Shown here piece after piece: positions 33,462 to 42,357 of a stretch of 64,000 bases of DNA (position 1 is the stretch's first letter; each line of letters starts with the position of its first letter). Source of the DNA: Armatimonadota bacterium. GTDB taxonomy: Bacteria > Armatimonadota > Fimbriimonadia > Fimbriimonadales > GBS-DC. Both the position numbers and the translations under genes were made by a program. The notes beneath the pieces were generated by a model. It had not been told where the DNA came from, made no database searches, and worked only from the letters and a program-made list of their open reading frames with translations. The stretch spans positions 1 to 64,000 of the forward strand of contig JBBIML010000011.1 of assembly GCA_037444405.1 (NCBI GenBank), read 5' to 3'.

Positions 33462-34674
33462 GAACGAGCCGATTCTGGCGATTGACATCGGCGCGACCGC
33501 TGTGCGTGCCTGCATCGGGCGTCTGAACCCCGACGGGTTGGTTGTGGAGCGTTTGATCGACGCACCCCTGCCTCCCAACAGTGTACGGGAGGGGCTGATT
33601 CTGGAGCCGGATACGGTGGCGCGAGCGTTGCGCACGCTGCTTCAGCAAGTGGGCGTTCGCCAGCGGAACGCGCTGGTCTCGGTCGGCGGTCCGCAGGTGA
33701 CGGCGCGCCCCGTGCGCCTGCCACCGATGACCCCCGAAGTGTTGCGCAAATCAATCCAGTATGAAGCGGCCCGCTACCTGCCCTCCGCTGCTGAAGAACA
33801 TCTGATCGGCTTCGAGATATTGCACAGCGGCGAGGACTATCTGGAAGTGTTGCTGGTGGCGGCGCCGCGCTCCACAGTGGATAGCATAGTGAACACTTTG
33901 GAGAGCGCGGGGCTGGAGGCGGAGCTGCTGGAGATTCAGCCGTTCGCCTGCCTGCGAGCGGTGCATGCGAGCTGGCAGGAGTCGATGCCGTCGCTGTTCG
34001 CGCTGGCGGATATCGGCGGCGGGCACACCCAGATTAGCGTGGTGCGGCAGGGCACGCTCGCGCTCACGCGCTACATCCCCATCGCCGGTGAGACGCTGAC
34101 CGCCGCCCTTAAGGGCTACTTCCACTACTCCGACGAGGAAGTCAGCCATATCAAGCAGGCGTTGAACCTCGAAGAGCTGCTTCAGACGGGCGCGCCCCAC
34201 GAGAATCCGCCTCTGCGCCTGGTGCAGCCCATTCTGGACGAGCTGATTCGGGAGATCCGCCGCTCGCTGAACTACTATCAGTCGCAGGTGCAGGCGAACC
34301 CGGCGCATGGGGGGCGCATCGATCAGCTGATCCTGACGGGAGGTGGCGCGCTCATGCGCGGGATTGCCCCTTACTTCGAACATCGGCTCGGCATCCGCGT
34401 GCAGGTGTTCAATCCGCTGCCGTTCGATGAGCCTCTCTCGACACCGCTTACGCCGCTGCCCGATAATGGGGCTGACCAGCCAGTGGCTGAGGCGTCCCGC
34501 CCCGGTCGGACTTTTGCCGCGGCACGCTCGCTGGTGCATGCATCAGCAGTGCCGCCAGAGCAGTGCGCTCAGGGCGCGCAGTGGGTGGTGGCAATCGGCA
34601 CTGCGCTGGCGCCGCTGGAGCAGCGGATGCCGTTCCGCCTCACCGAAGAGCAACCCGAACTGCAAGCCGCATGA
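33451..34674 (+). CDS. pilM: Type IV pilus assembly protein PilM
   Basis: AIDIG, actin-like fold, LADIGGG, EIRRSLNYY, LTGGGA; strong SD before ATG 33451. Confidence 0.92.
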   Translation: MPRRNEPILAIDIGATAVRACIGRLNPDGLVVERLIDAPLPPNSVREGLILEPDTVARALRTLLQQVGVRQRNALVSVGGPQVTARPVRLPPMTPEVLRKSIQYEAARYLPSAAEEHLIGFEILHSGEDYLEVLLVAAPRSTVDSIVNTLESAGLEAELLEIQPFACLRAVHASWQESMPSLFALADIGGGHTQISVVRQGTLALTRYIPIAGETLTAALKGYFHYSDEEVSHIKQALNLEELLQTGAPHENPPLRLVQPILDELIREIRRSLNYYQSQVQANPAHGGRIDQLILTGGGALMRGIAPYFEHRLGIRVQVFNPLPFDEPLSTPLTPLPDNGADQPVAEASRPGRTFAAARSLVHASAVPPEQCAQGAQWVVAIGTALAPLEQRMPFRLTEEQPELQAA

Positions 34675-34689
34675 ACCGGAGGTGAAGGG

Positions 34690-35295
34690 ATGCCCGTTAT
34701 CAATTTGATTGAGCCAGAGATTCAGCTCCGTCAGCGACTGCAACGGCGGGTGCGCCTGCTGGGGCTGGTCGGTTTCGCCCTGCTAACGCTTGCCGCTGTG
34801 GGCTGGGGCGGGCTAATCCTCTATGCAGGCTACCTACAGATGCAGAAAGCCAGCATGGAAGCCGAAATTGTGCGCCTCACACCAGCGCTGCACGCTGTCC
34901 AGCAAACCCAGATGGAGCTGAACGCCCTGCAACCGCTCATCAGCACCCTGCAGACCGCCCGCACCCAGACCGGACGCTGGCGGCTACTGCTCCAGCACCT
35001 GAGCGTGCAGACTCCACCCGCCTGCTACCTCACCAGTGTAGAACTGGGCAAGCGCACCGACCCCAAAAAGCCGATAGAGATAGTGATCAAAGGCATCGCC
35101 GCCAGCCAGCAAGCGGTGGGCGACTTCATGCTGCGACTCAATCAATATAGCGAGCTGGAGAATGTGCGCCTGGACTACACGCAGGAGCGCGAACTCAGCG
35201 AGCAGGGCAGAGCCTTCGAGTTCCAGATAACGGCACAGGTCAAAGGCACCGCCGCACCGCAATCATCCTCTGGAGGTGGCAGCAGTGGCTCTTAG
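34690..35295 (+). CDS. pilN: Type IV pilus assembly protein PilN
   Basis: INLI N-terminal motif, single TM, coiled coil, position after pilM. Confidence 0.85.
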   Translation: MPVINLIEPEIQLRQRLQRRVRLLGLVGFALLTLAAVGWGGLILYAGYLQMQKASMEAEIVRLTPALHAVQQTQMELNALQPLISTLQTARTQTGRWRLLLQHLSVQTPPACYLTSVELGKRTDPKKPIEIVIKGIAASQQAVGDFMLRLNQYSELENVRLDYTQERELSEQGRAFEFQITAQVKGTAAPQSSSGGGSSGS

Positions 35296-36046
35296 CCGAC
35301 GCACGCAGCGATTGGAGCAGTTCGCTAAACTGCTAAGCATCGGGCTGATCGGACTGCTGGCGCTCAGCGTGGGCAGCGTCTATCTACCCTTCAGTATGGT
35401 TCAGCAAGCCCGGCAGCAGGTGGCGGAACGCCAGCAGCAGCTGGACAAAGCGCGTCAGGCGCCCCAGCAACTGCGCCTGCTCCAGCAGCAGCACGAAAAT
35501 GCCTTGCGCGAACTGCGATTCCTGGAGCAGGGCGTCTCGCAAGCTGCGTATATCCCCACCATGCTCAAACAGATCGAGCAAACCGCCCGACAGCTTCAGC
35601 TGGAAATCGTCGCCGTCCGACCCCAGCAGAACCAGCAACAGAGCGGTCAGACCACCCAGAGCGGCTCCAGTCAGGGCAATCAGCAGGGCAACGGCGCCGC
35701 GCCTGCCCGCAAAGCCTATGAGGAGCAACTCATCGAAGTGAGCCTGCAGGGCAGGTTCTGGAGCCTTATGAGCTTCCTGCGCCAGCTGGATGAGTTTCCC
35801 AAGATTCTGGCGGTGCAATCGCTGAATGCGCAGGCGAAACCCAAAATCGACCAGCCGAACGCGAACCCCGATCTGGAGATTCGCATGACGATCAAGGCGT
35901 TCATCTTCCCGTCGACCCGATTGCCGCTTCCCGCTGGTCAGGGCATGCAACCGCCTCTCCCCGGAGGGGAAAGCGCGGGGGTGAGGAACGCTCCCCTCTC
36001 CCACAGCGTGGGAGAGGGGCTGGGGGTGAGGGGTGAAGGAAGGTGA
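35276..36046 (+). CDS. pilO: Type IV pilus assembly protein PilO
   Basis: TM, coiled coil, G.F..L..FL..L..FPKIL.V..L pattern; repeat-derived C-terminal tail. Confidence 0.82.
   Translation: MAAVALSRRTQRLEQFAKLLSIGLIGLLALSVGSVYLPFSMVQQARQQVAERQQQLDKARQAPQQLRLLQQQHENALRELRFLEQGVSQAAYIPTMLKQIEQTARQLQLEIVAVRPQQNQQQSGQTTQSGSSQGNQQGNGAAPARKAYEEQLIEVSLQGRFWSLMSFLRQLDEFPKILAVQSLNAQAKPKIDQPNANPDLEIRMTIKAFIFPSTRLPLPAGQGMQPPLPGGESAGVRNAPLSHSVGEGLGVRGEGR
35954..36033. repeat. Two boxC-like palindromic units inside the 3' end of pilO
   Basis: 35993-36033 is nearly identical to the intergenic copy at 3797-3836. Confidence 0.85.
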
Positions 36047-36051
36047 AAATT

Positions 36052-36708
36052 ATGGAAAAACCCCCTGAGATGAAGACGAACCAGATCAGTCTGAAGCAGG
36101 GTCTCGCGATTGGCGTGCTGGTGCTGATCCTGCTCAGCGTTGGGGTCTGGCAGTGGCAGTCGATGGGCGGGCGTCGGAACCCGTCGCGCCCTGCGAGCGC
36201 GTCCACTTCCAACAGCAACATGGGCGTTTCGGCGACTGTCAGCACTTCGGGTGTGGTGCTGGCGAGCGTGCCGCTGGCGCCGCTGCCCGCGCGCGACCCG
36301 TTCCGACCCACCATCCAGATCGGCGAGCTACCCGGTCGCGTGGCGTCGCCTGCCACCAGCAGCACGAACCAATCGCCCCGACGCGCGATCACGGGCACGC
36401 CGCCCGTGCCGCCTGTCGCGCTGCCCGCGCCCGGAGGGCTGGAAATCAGACGCGCAGAAGAGCCTGCCCCCATACCCGACTGGACACTGGTCGGCGTTGT
36501 GCAGGGACCGCGCACGATTGCCATTCTCAAAGATTCGGAGGGGCATCGCCGCTTCGTGCAGATTGGCGACCTGCTGGAAGAGGGCTGGCGTGTGCGCCGC
36601 ATCGAGCGCGGCGTTATCACCCTTCAAAAAGGGAAGCAGACAATTGCCATTCAGGTCGGCACTTCCACGCAACAAGATTCGCAGTCCACAGGAGGCACAC
36701 AGCAATGA
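36052..36708 (+). CDS. PilP/GspC-like pilus assembly protein
   Basis: TM, RDPFRP, Pro-rich linker, LVGVVQG...AIL...GWRVRRI; lies between pilO and the secretin. Confidence 0.7.
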   Translation: MEKPPEMKTNQISLKQGLAIGVLVLILLSVGVWQWQSMGGRRNPSRPASASTSNSNMGVSATVSTSGVVLASVPLAPLPARDPFRPTIQIGELPGRVASPATSSTNQSPRRAITGTPPVPPVALPAPGGLEIRRAEEPAPIPDWTLVGVVQGPRTIAILKDSEGHRRFVQIGDLLEEGWRVRRIERGVITLQKGKQTIAIQVGTSTQQDSQSTGGTQQ

Positions 36709-38870
36709 GAGTTATCGGGCGTACTGGATGGATGGTTGGCTTGCTGATTCTGGCGTTGCCGCCCTGCTGGAGCCAGTCGGTGAAAGCGGTCAAAGCCTTC
36801 GAGCAGGGCGGTCAGGCAGTTGTGCAGGTGATCGGTGAGCGATTGCCGCGTCCTGGCGTCTCCGTCTGGCGCGGGCGCTATCTCACGCTCGATTTTCGGG
36901 CGCGGCTCGCCACACGCCGTCAGGAGACCCGCTTCATCACGCCCGTCACCACCTATCTGCGCTACGGTTGGTTCAGCAGCAATCCGCCACGCGTGCGGGT
37001 GGTCATTACCATGCGCGGCACGAAGCCCTATCAGCTTGAAGCGATTGAGGGCGGCTGGCAGGTTCGAATTGGCGTCGCGTCATCCCCCTCATCGGACGCT
37101 GGCGAGCGCACCGCGATCGGCTTGCCCCAGCAAGAGCCGAAGACCGCTGAACCCCAGCCTGCCTCGCAGAAAGGGAGCCGGTCGACTCAGCCAGTAAAAG
37201 AGGAGGGCTGGCAGATTGCGCAGCGCACGGATACGAGCCTCCCGCGCCCGCCACGCCCGTCCGATGTGCAACCGCGCCAGAGCCAGCAGGTGGCAAGCAA
37301 ACCGGCTGGCGCCGCGCCACCGCCTGAGCCAACCATCTCGCTCGACTTCGTGGGCGCCGAAATCGGCGATGTGCTGAAAGCGCTCGCCATCCAGTCGGGC
37401 GCGAACATCGTCACCGCGCCCGATGTGAAGGGCACCATCACCATCAGCCTCAACCGCGTAACGGTCGAAGAGGCGCTCAACCTCATCACGCGCCTCAGCG
37501 GCTACCGCTACGAGCGCATCGCGAACACCTATGTGGTCGGCACGCCCAAATCGATTGAGGCGTTTAAGGGCAGCGAGCCGAAACCAGAGCCGCCGCGCAC
37601 CGCCGAACTGCTGACGCTGAAGCAGGCGAACGCGACAGCCGTCGCCACTTTCTTGAGCGCGCGCTATCCGAACCTCAAAGTGACTCTGCCCGGCGAGAAG
37701 AATGCGAACTACCTGATTGTGGAGGGCGAGGCGAGCGTGGTGAACGAGGCGAAAGCGGCGGTCGCTCGCTTCGAGGAGGCAACCGCTCAGGGCGAGGAGA
37801 TTATCACGGAGGTCTATCGCGTGCGGTTCGCCGACGCGCGCGACTTGATGCGCATTCTGAACCAGCTGGTGCCCACCGTGAGCGTGTCGCTGGGACCGGG
37901 CGCGATGCTGAGCGCCGCGCGCACGGGCAGCGGCGCGAGCAGCACGGCCATGAGCGCCGGCGATATGCCAAACGCGGCTGCCCAGCAGATGGGCGCCGCG
38001 ATGCCCGCCGCCTCAGGCGCCAGCGCCAGCACGGGCGACCAGCCACCCAACCTGCTGGTGCTGATGGGCGCCTCCCGCGATGTGCAACGCGCCCTCGATG
38101 TGCTGCAGAAGGTGGATGTCAAACAGCCACAAGTTCTGATCGAAACGCGCGTGATGGATATCTCCGAAGCCAGCCTGCGCTCGCTGGGGCTGTCATGGAG
38201 CATCTTCCAGTCCAGCAGCATCCAGACGCTGGATCGCACGCAGCAGCCGCCGTTCCCTGCTGGCACCACCGTGACACCGAACCAGCAGGGCATCCGCTTC
38301 AACAAAGATGGGCAGCTCGGCATCGACATCATGGTGCTGAAGCAGCCCACCGATGTGACAGCGACTCTGAACGCGTTGGCGCAGGATCAGCGCAACCGCC
38401 TGCTGGCAAACCCGCGAATCGCCACACTCGATGGGCGACCTGCCCGAATCTTCATCGGCGACGAAATCAACTATGTCAAGCTCATTCAGCAGACCCAGCA
38501 GGGCGCGAATGTGCAGACCGATTCGGTGCAGGCAGGCATCATTCTGGAGGTGCTGCCGCGCGTGCATGAGGACGGCTCCATCACGCTGCAGATTAAGCCG
38601 GAAGTGAGCGTGATTACAGGCTTCCTGCAGGTGCCCGGCGGCGGTTCGCTGCCCCAGCTGGCGCGACGCAACGCCGAGACCACCATCCGCCTCAATAATG
38701 GCGAAACGCTCGTGATTGGCGGGTTGATTCGGGAGAGTGACATCAAAACCATCCAGAAGGTGCCCCTGCTGGGCGATCTGCCTTTCTTTGGCTACCTGTT
38801 CCGCAAGACGAACACCCAGCGCGACCGCTCGGAGATTGTGATCACGCTCACCGTGCGTGTGCTGGAATGA
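36705..38870 (+). CDS. pilQ: Secretin (PilQ/GspD family) with an N-terminal AMIN-like domain
   Basis: ISLDFVGA, QVLIETRV, LANPRIATLDG, GETLVIGGLI, KVPLLGDLP..GYLF; start moved to ATG 36705. Confidence 0.9.
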   Translation: MRVIGRTGWMVGLLILALPPCWSQSVKAVKAFEQGGQAVVQVIGERLPRPGVSVWRGRYLTLDFRARLATRRQETRFITPVTTYLRYGWFSSNPPRVRVVITMRGTKPYQLEAIEGGWQVRIGVASSPSSDAGERTAIGLPQQEPKTAEPQPASQKGSRSTQPVKEEGWQIAQRTDTSLPRPPRPSDVQPRQSQQVASKPAGAAPPPEPTISLDFVGAEIGDVLKALAIQSGANIVTAPDVKGTITISLNRVTVEEALNLITRLSGYRYERIANTYVVGTPKSIEAFKGSEPKPEPPRTAELLTLKQANATAVATFLSARYPNLKVTLPGEKNANYLIVEGEASVVNEAKAAVARFEEATAQGEEIITEVYRVRFADARDLMRILNQLVPTVSVSLGPGAMLSAARTGSGASSTAMSAGDMPNAAAQQMGAAMPAASGASASTGDQPPNLLVLMGASRDVQRALDVLQKVDVKQPQVLIETRVMDISEASLRSLGLSWSIFQSSSIQTLDRTQQPPFPAGTTVTPNQQGIRFNKDGQLGIDIMVLKQPTDVTATLNALAQDQRNRLLANPRIATLDGRPARIFIGDEINYVKLIQQTQQGANVQTDSVQAGIILEVLPRVHEDGSITLQIKPEVSVITGFLQVPGGGSLPQLARRNAETTIRLNNGETLVIGGLIRESDIKTIQKVPLLGDLPFFGYLFRKTNTQRDRSEIVITLTVRVLE

Positions 38871-40573
38871 ATATTGGCGAGCTGTTTGTGCAGGCAGGTC
38901 TGGTCAGCCATGAGCAGCTGCAGGATGCCCTGCTGAAGCAACAGGAGGGCATCCCACTACCGCTGGATCGGCTGCTGGTTCAGCTGGGCTACATCACCGA
39001 AAAAGACCGCGTGCGTATCCTGGGTCAGCACTGGGGCATCCCCTTTATCGATCTGGTAGAAACACCGCCAGACCCCAGGTTGAGTTCAGTGATTCCTGCT
39101 GATATGGCGAAGCGCTATCGCGCTGTGCCTGTGATGCAACAGAACGGCAAGCTCACCGTTGCCCTTGCGGACCCGCTCGATATCTTCGCCATCGACGAGA
39201 TTCGCCAGCACACCAAACTGGAAATCGAAGCCGTTATCGCCACCGAGGACGACATCCAGAACGCTCTGCGCCAGCTCTATCGGGTGAGCGCTGCTGTCTC
39301 CGAGACGGTGCAGGAGCTGATGCGCGATATGGGCGAGGCGCAGATTCAGACTCTTGCGAGTGAAGAGGAGGACCTCTCAGCGGAGGAGCTGCGCGAAATC
39401 GCTGACGATGCGCCCGTCGTGCGCCTCGCCAACATGATTATCACGCAAGCCATCAACGACGGCGCCAGCGATATTCACATCGAACCCGCGCGCGATTGCG
39501 TGAAGGTGCGCTACCGCATCGATGGCGTAATGATCGATTCGCTGGTGCTGCCCAAGCGCGTGCAGGCGTCGCTCACCTCCCGCTTCAAGATCATGGCGGA
39601 TATGGACATCGCCGAGAAGCGTGTTCCCCAGGATAACCGCATCAGCGCAACGATTGATGGACGCGAGTATGATTTCCGTGTTTCAACCCTGCCATGCATC
39701 TACGGCGAGAAGATTGTGATGCGCGTGCTGGACAAGTCGAGCGTGCGCGTCGGGCTGGACAAGCTCGGCTTTTTGCCCGACACCCTCGCCAAACTTGAAG
39801 AGGTGATCAGCCGCTCCTACGGCATTATTCTGGTGACGGGTCCGACAGGTTCGGGCAAGTCCACCACGCTCTACTCGATTCTGTCGCGCCTGAACACGGG
39901 GCTGGTCAACATTATCACCGCGGAAGACCCTGTGGAGTATGAGTTGCCGGGCATCAATCAGGTGCAGGTGAACCCGAAGGCGGGGCTGACTTTCGCATCA
40001 GCGTTGCGGGCGATGCTGCGCCAGGACCCCGACATCATCATGGTGGGCGAGATGCGCGACACCGAGACCGCCACAATCGCGGTTGAAGCTGCGCTCACGG
40101 GGCATCTGGTGCTGTCCACGCTGCACACCAACGATGCGTCCAGCGCGCCGCCGCGCCTGATCGAGATGGGCGTGGAGCCGTTTATGATTGCTTCGTCGCT
40201 GATTGCGGTGCTGGCGCAGCGACTGGTGCGCACGCTCTGCCCGCGCTGTAAGCAGCCCTATCATCCCACTGAGTCGGACTTCCTGCGCTACGGCTTTACT
40301 CCCCCCGACAATCTGCATGCTATCGAAATCTTCCGCGCTAAAGGTTGCGACTATTGTAAGCAGACGGGCTACAAGGGGCGTACAGGCATCCACGAGCTGC
40401 TGGTCATCAACGACGCCATTCGCGACCTGATTTTGCAACATGCCGCGGCGTATGCCATCCAGAAAGTGGCGGTCGAACATGGGCTGCGCCTGCTCAAAGA
40501 GGACGCCCTGCAGAAGGTGCTGCTCGGACGCACCAGCATCGAGGAGGTTGTGCGCGTGATCTACAGCGGTTAA
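38867..40573 (+). CDS. pilB: Pilus/T2SS assembly ATPase (PilB/GspE)
   Basis: ASDIHIEP, DIAEKRVPQD, GPTGSGKSTT, LRQDPDIIMVGEMRD, CPRC/CDYC zinc site. Confidence 0.93.
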   Translation: MNIGELFVQAGLVSHEQLQDALLKQQEGIPLPLDRLLVQLGYITEKDRVRILGQHWGIPFIDLVETPPDPRLSSVIPADMAKRYRAVPVMQQNGKLTVALADPLDIFAIDEIRQHTKLEIEAVIATEDDIQNALRQLYRVSAAVSETVQELMRDMGEAQIQTLASEEEDLSAEELREIADDAPVVRLANMIITQAINDGASDIHIEPARDCVKVRYRIDGVMIDSLVLPKRVQASLTSRFKIMADMDIAEKRVPQDNRISATIDGREYDFRVSTLPCIYGEKIVMRVLDKSSVRVGLDKLGFLPDTLAKLEEVISRSYGIILVTGPTGSGKSTTLYSILSRLNTGLVNIITAEDPVEYELPGINQVQVNPKAGLTFASALRAMLRQDPDIIMVGEMRDTETATIAVEAALTGHLVLSTLHTNDASSAPPRLIEMGVEPFMIASSLIAVLAQRLVRTLCPRCKQPYHPTESDFLRYGFTPPDNLHAIEIFRAKGCDYCKQTGYKGRTGIHELLVINDAIRDLILQHAAAYAIQKVAVEHGLRLLKEDALQKVLLGRTSIEEVVRVIYSG

Positions 40574-40604
40574 AGGCAGGCTGGGCATAACGGAGGGACA
40601 GAGC

Positions 40605-41459
40605 ATGTCAACCCAAACGCAGGCGATTATCGAGAAAATCAAGGAGTTGGCGGTGCTGCCGCAGGTGGTCTATCAGGTGCTGGATTTGACCAACGACCCG
40701 AACGCGACCGCCCGCGATCTGGAGCGGGTCATCAGCATCGATCAGGGCATGTCGGCGCGGGTGCTGAACACGGTCAACTCCGCCTATTACGGCTTGCCCC
40801 GCAAAATCGCCTCCATCAAAGATGCCGTGGTGCTGTTAGGCTTCAAGACCATTCGCAATCTGGCGATGACCGCCAGCGTGTTCGATCTGTTTGTCGGCAA
40901 GATTGATCGGCAGAATCTGCGGCGGGGCAAGTGGTGGCGGCATTCACTTGACACTGCGCTCTGCTGCCGCCTGATTGCCAGCCAGCTGCCCGGCTGCTCG
41001 CCTGACGAAGCGTACACGGCGGGCTTGCTCCACGATATTGGCAAGCCGCTGCTGGATCGGTACGGGCAGTCGCCGTATGAGGAGGTGGAGTCGCTGATGG
41101 AGCTGGGTGTGCCCGAGCTGCAGGCGGAGCGTGAGGTGTTCGGCTGCGACCATGCGGAGCTGGGGCGCGAGGTGAGCCTGCACTGGGGCTTCCCGGAGAA
41201 GCTGGCAGAGGCGATTGGCGCGCACCACGCCGAGAGCGTGTTCGGGCTGAATGAGCCGACGCTCACCGCGCTCACCGCGCTGGGCAACTATATCGCCCAC
41301 TGGCTGCGCATGCCTGACCATTCGGAAGACAATTTCCTGTTTTCCATCCCGCAGTGGATTTACGAGGTGCTGAATCTGCAGCCGACGAATCTGCGCCCAC
41401 TCAAGCTCGCCTGCGAGGCGGAACTCCACGCCTCGCCGTTGCACACGCTCGCCCGCTAA
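40605..41459 (+). CDS. HDOD-domain protein
   Basis: LP.V..QVL, VNSAYYG, WWRHS, AGLLHDIGK, DHAELG, HH. Confidence 0.92.
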   Translation: MSTQTQAIIEKIKELAVLPQVVYQVLDLTNDPNATARDLERVISIDQGMSARVLNTVNSAYYGLPRKIASIKDAVVLLGFKTIRNLAMTASVFDLFVGKIDRQNLRRGKWWRHSLDTALCCRLIASQLPGCSPDEAYTAGLLHDIGKPLLDRYGQSPYEEVESLMELGVPELQAEREVFGCDHAELGREVSLHWGFPEKLAEAIGAHHAESVFGLNEPTLTALTALGNYIAHWLRMPDHSEDNFLFSIPQWIYEVLNLQPTNLRPLKLACEAELHASPLHTLAR

Positions 41460-41467
41460 AGGCTAAC

Positions 41468-42331
41468 TTATGTTTCACGGGGAATGAGCGCGATACCCAC
41501 GCTCCCTTCATGCGCCAGCTGCCGAACGGGAGGTGCAATCCATCTACCCATCACGACGGGCATAGCGCGTTTGCCCATCTTTTCGAGAATGTGCGCCCGC
41601 CGTATCGCGTGCTCCACATCGCCCTTGCCGATGCCCCATGAGGCTTCCACCACCAGATACAGCTCCTGCTGATCCACACGGCTGCGCCCGCGCAGCACAA
41701 AGTCCGCCCGATGGAGTTCGTCCCACTCGTCTTCCGTGATCAGACCCGCGTCGAATGCCGGCTCCAGCAGGTCATCCAGCTCCTCATGGGAGAGCAGGCG
41801 GCAGCGTCGCACGAATCGGCTCAGATACGCCGGCGCGTGCCGACAGATTTTCCACTCCACATGCATCCCTTTGAGCGGCGCCAGGTCCTGCTCAATCTGG
41901 TCCAGATGCTGATCATGCCGCTGCAACAGCATCGTGTGTGTCTGCAGAATCGTTGCCTGTTCCTGCAGAGCCGCCGTGTGTTCCCGCAGGATTGCTGCAT
42001 GTTCCTGCAGGATTTGTTCATGATGCCTCTGCATCTCTAAAATTTGCTGAGCCAGCTGTTCGAGGCGTTCCAGTCGCTCTTCATGCCGCTGGTGTAGCCT
42101 CGCATGCTCCTGCAGAATCTGCTCGTGGCGCAGCTGCACCTCCAGAATCTGCTGCAAGAGCTGCTCGTGGCGATCGACGCGCGTAACTAGCTGCTGTGCC
42201 AGCTGCGCCACCAGTTCGGGCAGGCGCAACAGTTCGTCGGTCAGCAGCAGTCGGCGCAGCTCTGCCCGCCACTCTGGACGCTTTTCCAGCAGTTGAATCA
42301 GTTCCCGAAAATCGAGCTCATCGAACGGCAT
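41468..42331 (-). CDS. Coiled-coil repeat protein with a C-terminal nuclease-like (PD-(D/E)XK-type) domain
   Basis: PEWRAELRRLLLTDELL N-terminus, His/Leu heptads, ADFVLRG...YLVVEASW. Confidence 0.65.
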   Translation of the reverse strand: MPFDELDFRELIQLLEKRPEWRAELRRLLLTDELLRLPELVAQLAQQLVTRVDRHEQLLQQILEVQLRHEQILQEHARLHQRHEERLERLEQLAQQILEMQRHHEQILQEHAAILREHTAALQEQATILQTHTMLLQRHDQHLDQIEQDLAPLKGMHVEWKICRHAPAYLSRFVRRCRLLSHEELDDLLEPAFDAGLITEDEWDELHRADFVLRGRSRVDQQELYLVVEASWGIGKGDVEHAIRRAHILEKMGKRAMPVVMGRWIAPPVRQLAHEGSVGIALIPRET

Positions 42332-42357
42332 CGGCTATCCCAGCAGGGATTATACCA

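Noticed and set aside
36153..36704. 184-residue N-terminal extension of the secretin in the ORF track
   Set aside because: It overlaps the pilP-like gene in another frame; the SD and signal peptide indicate a start at 36705.
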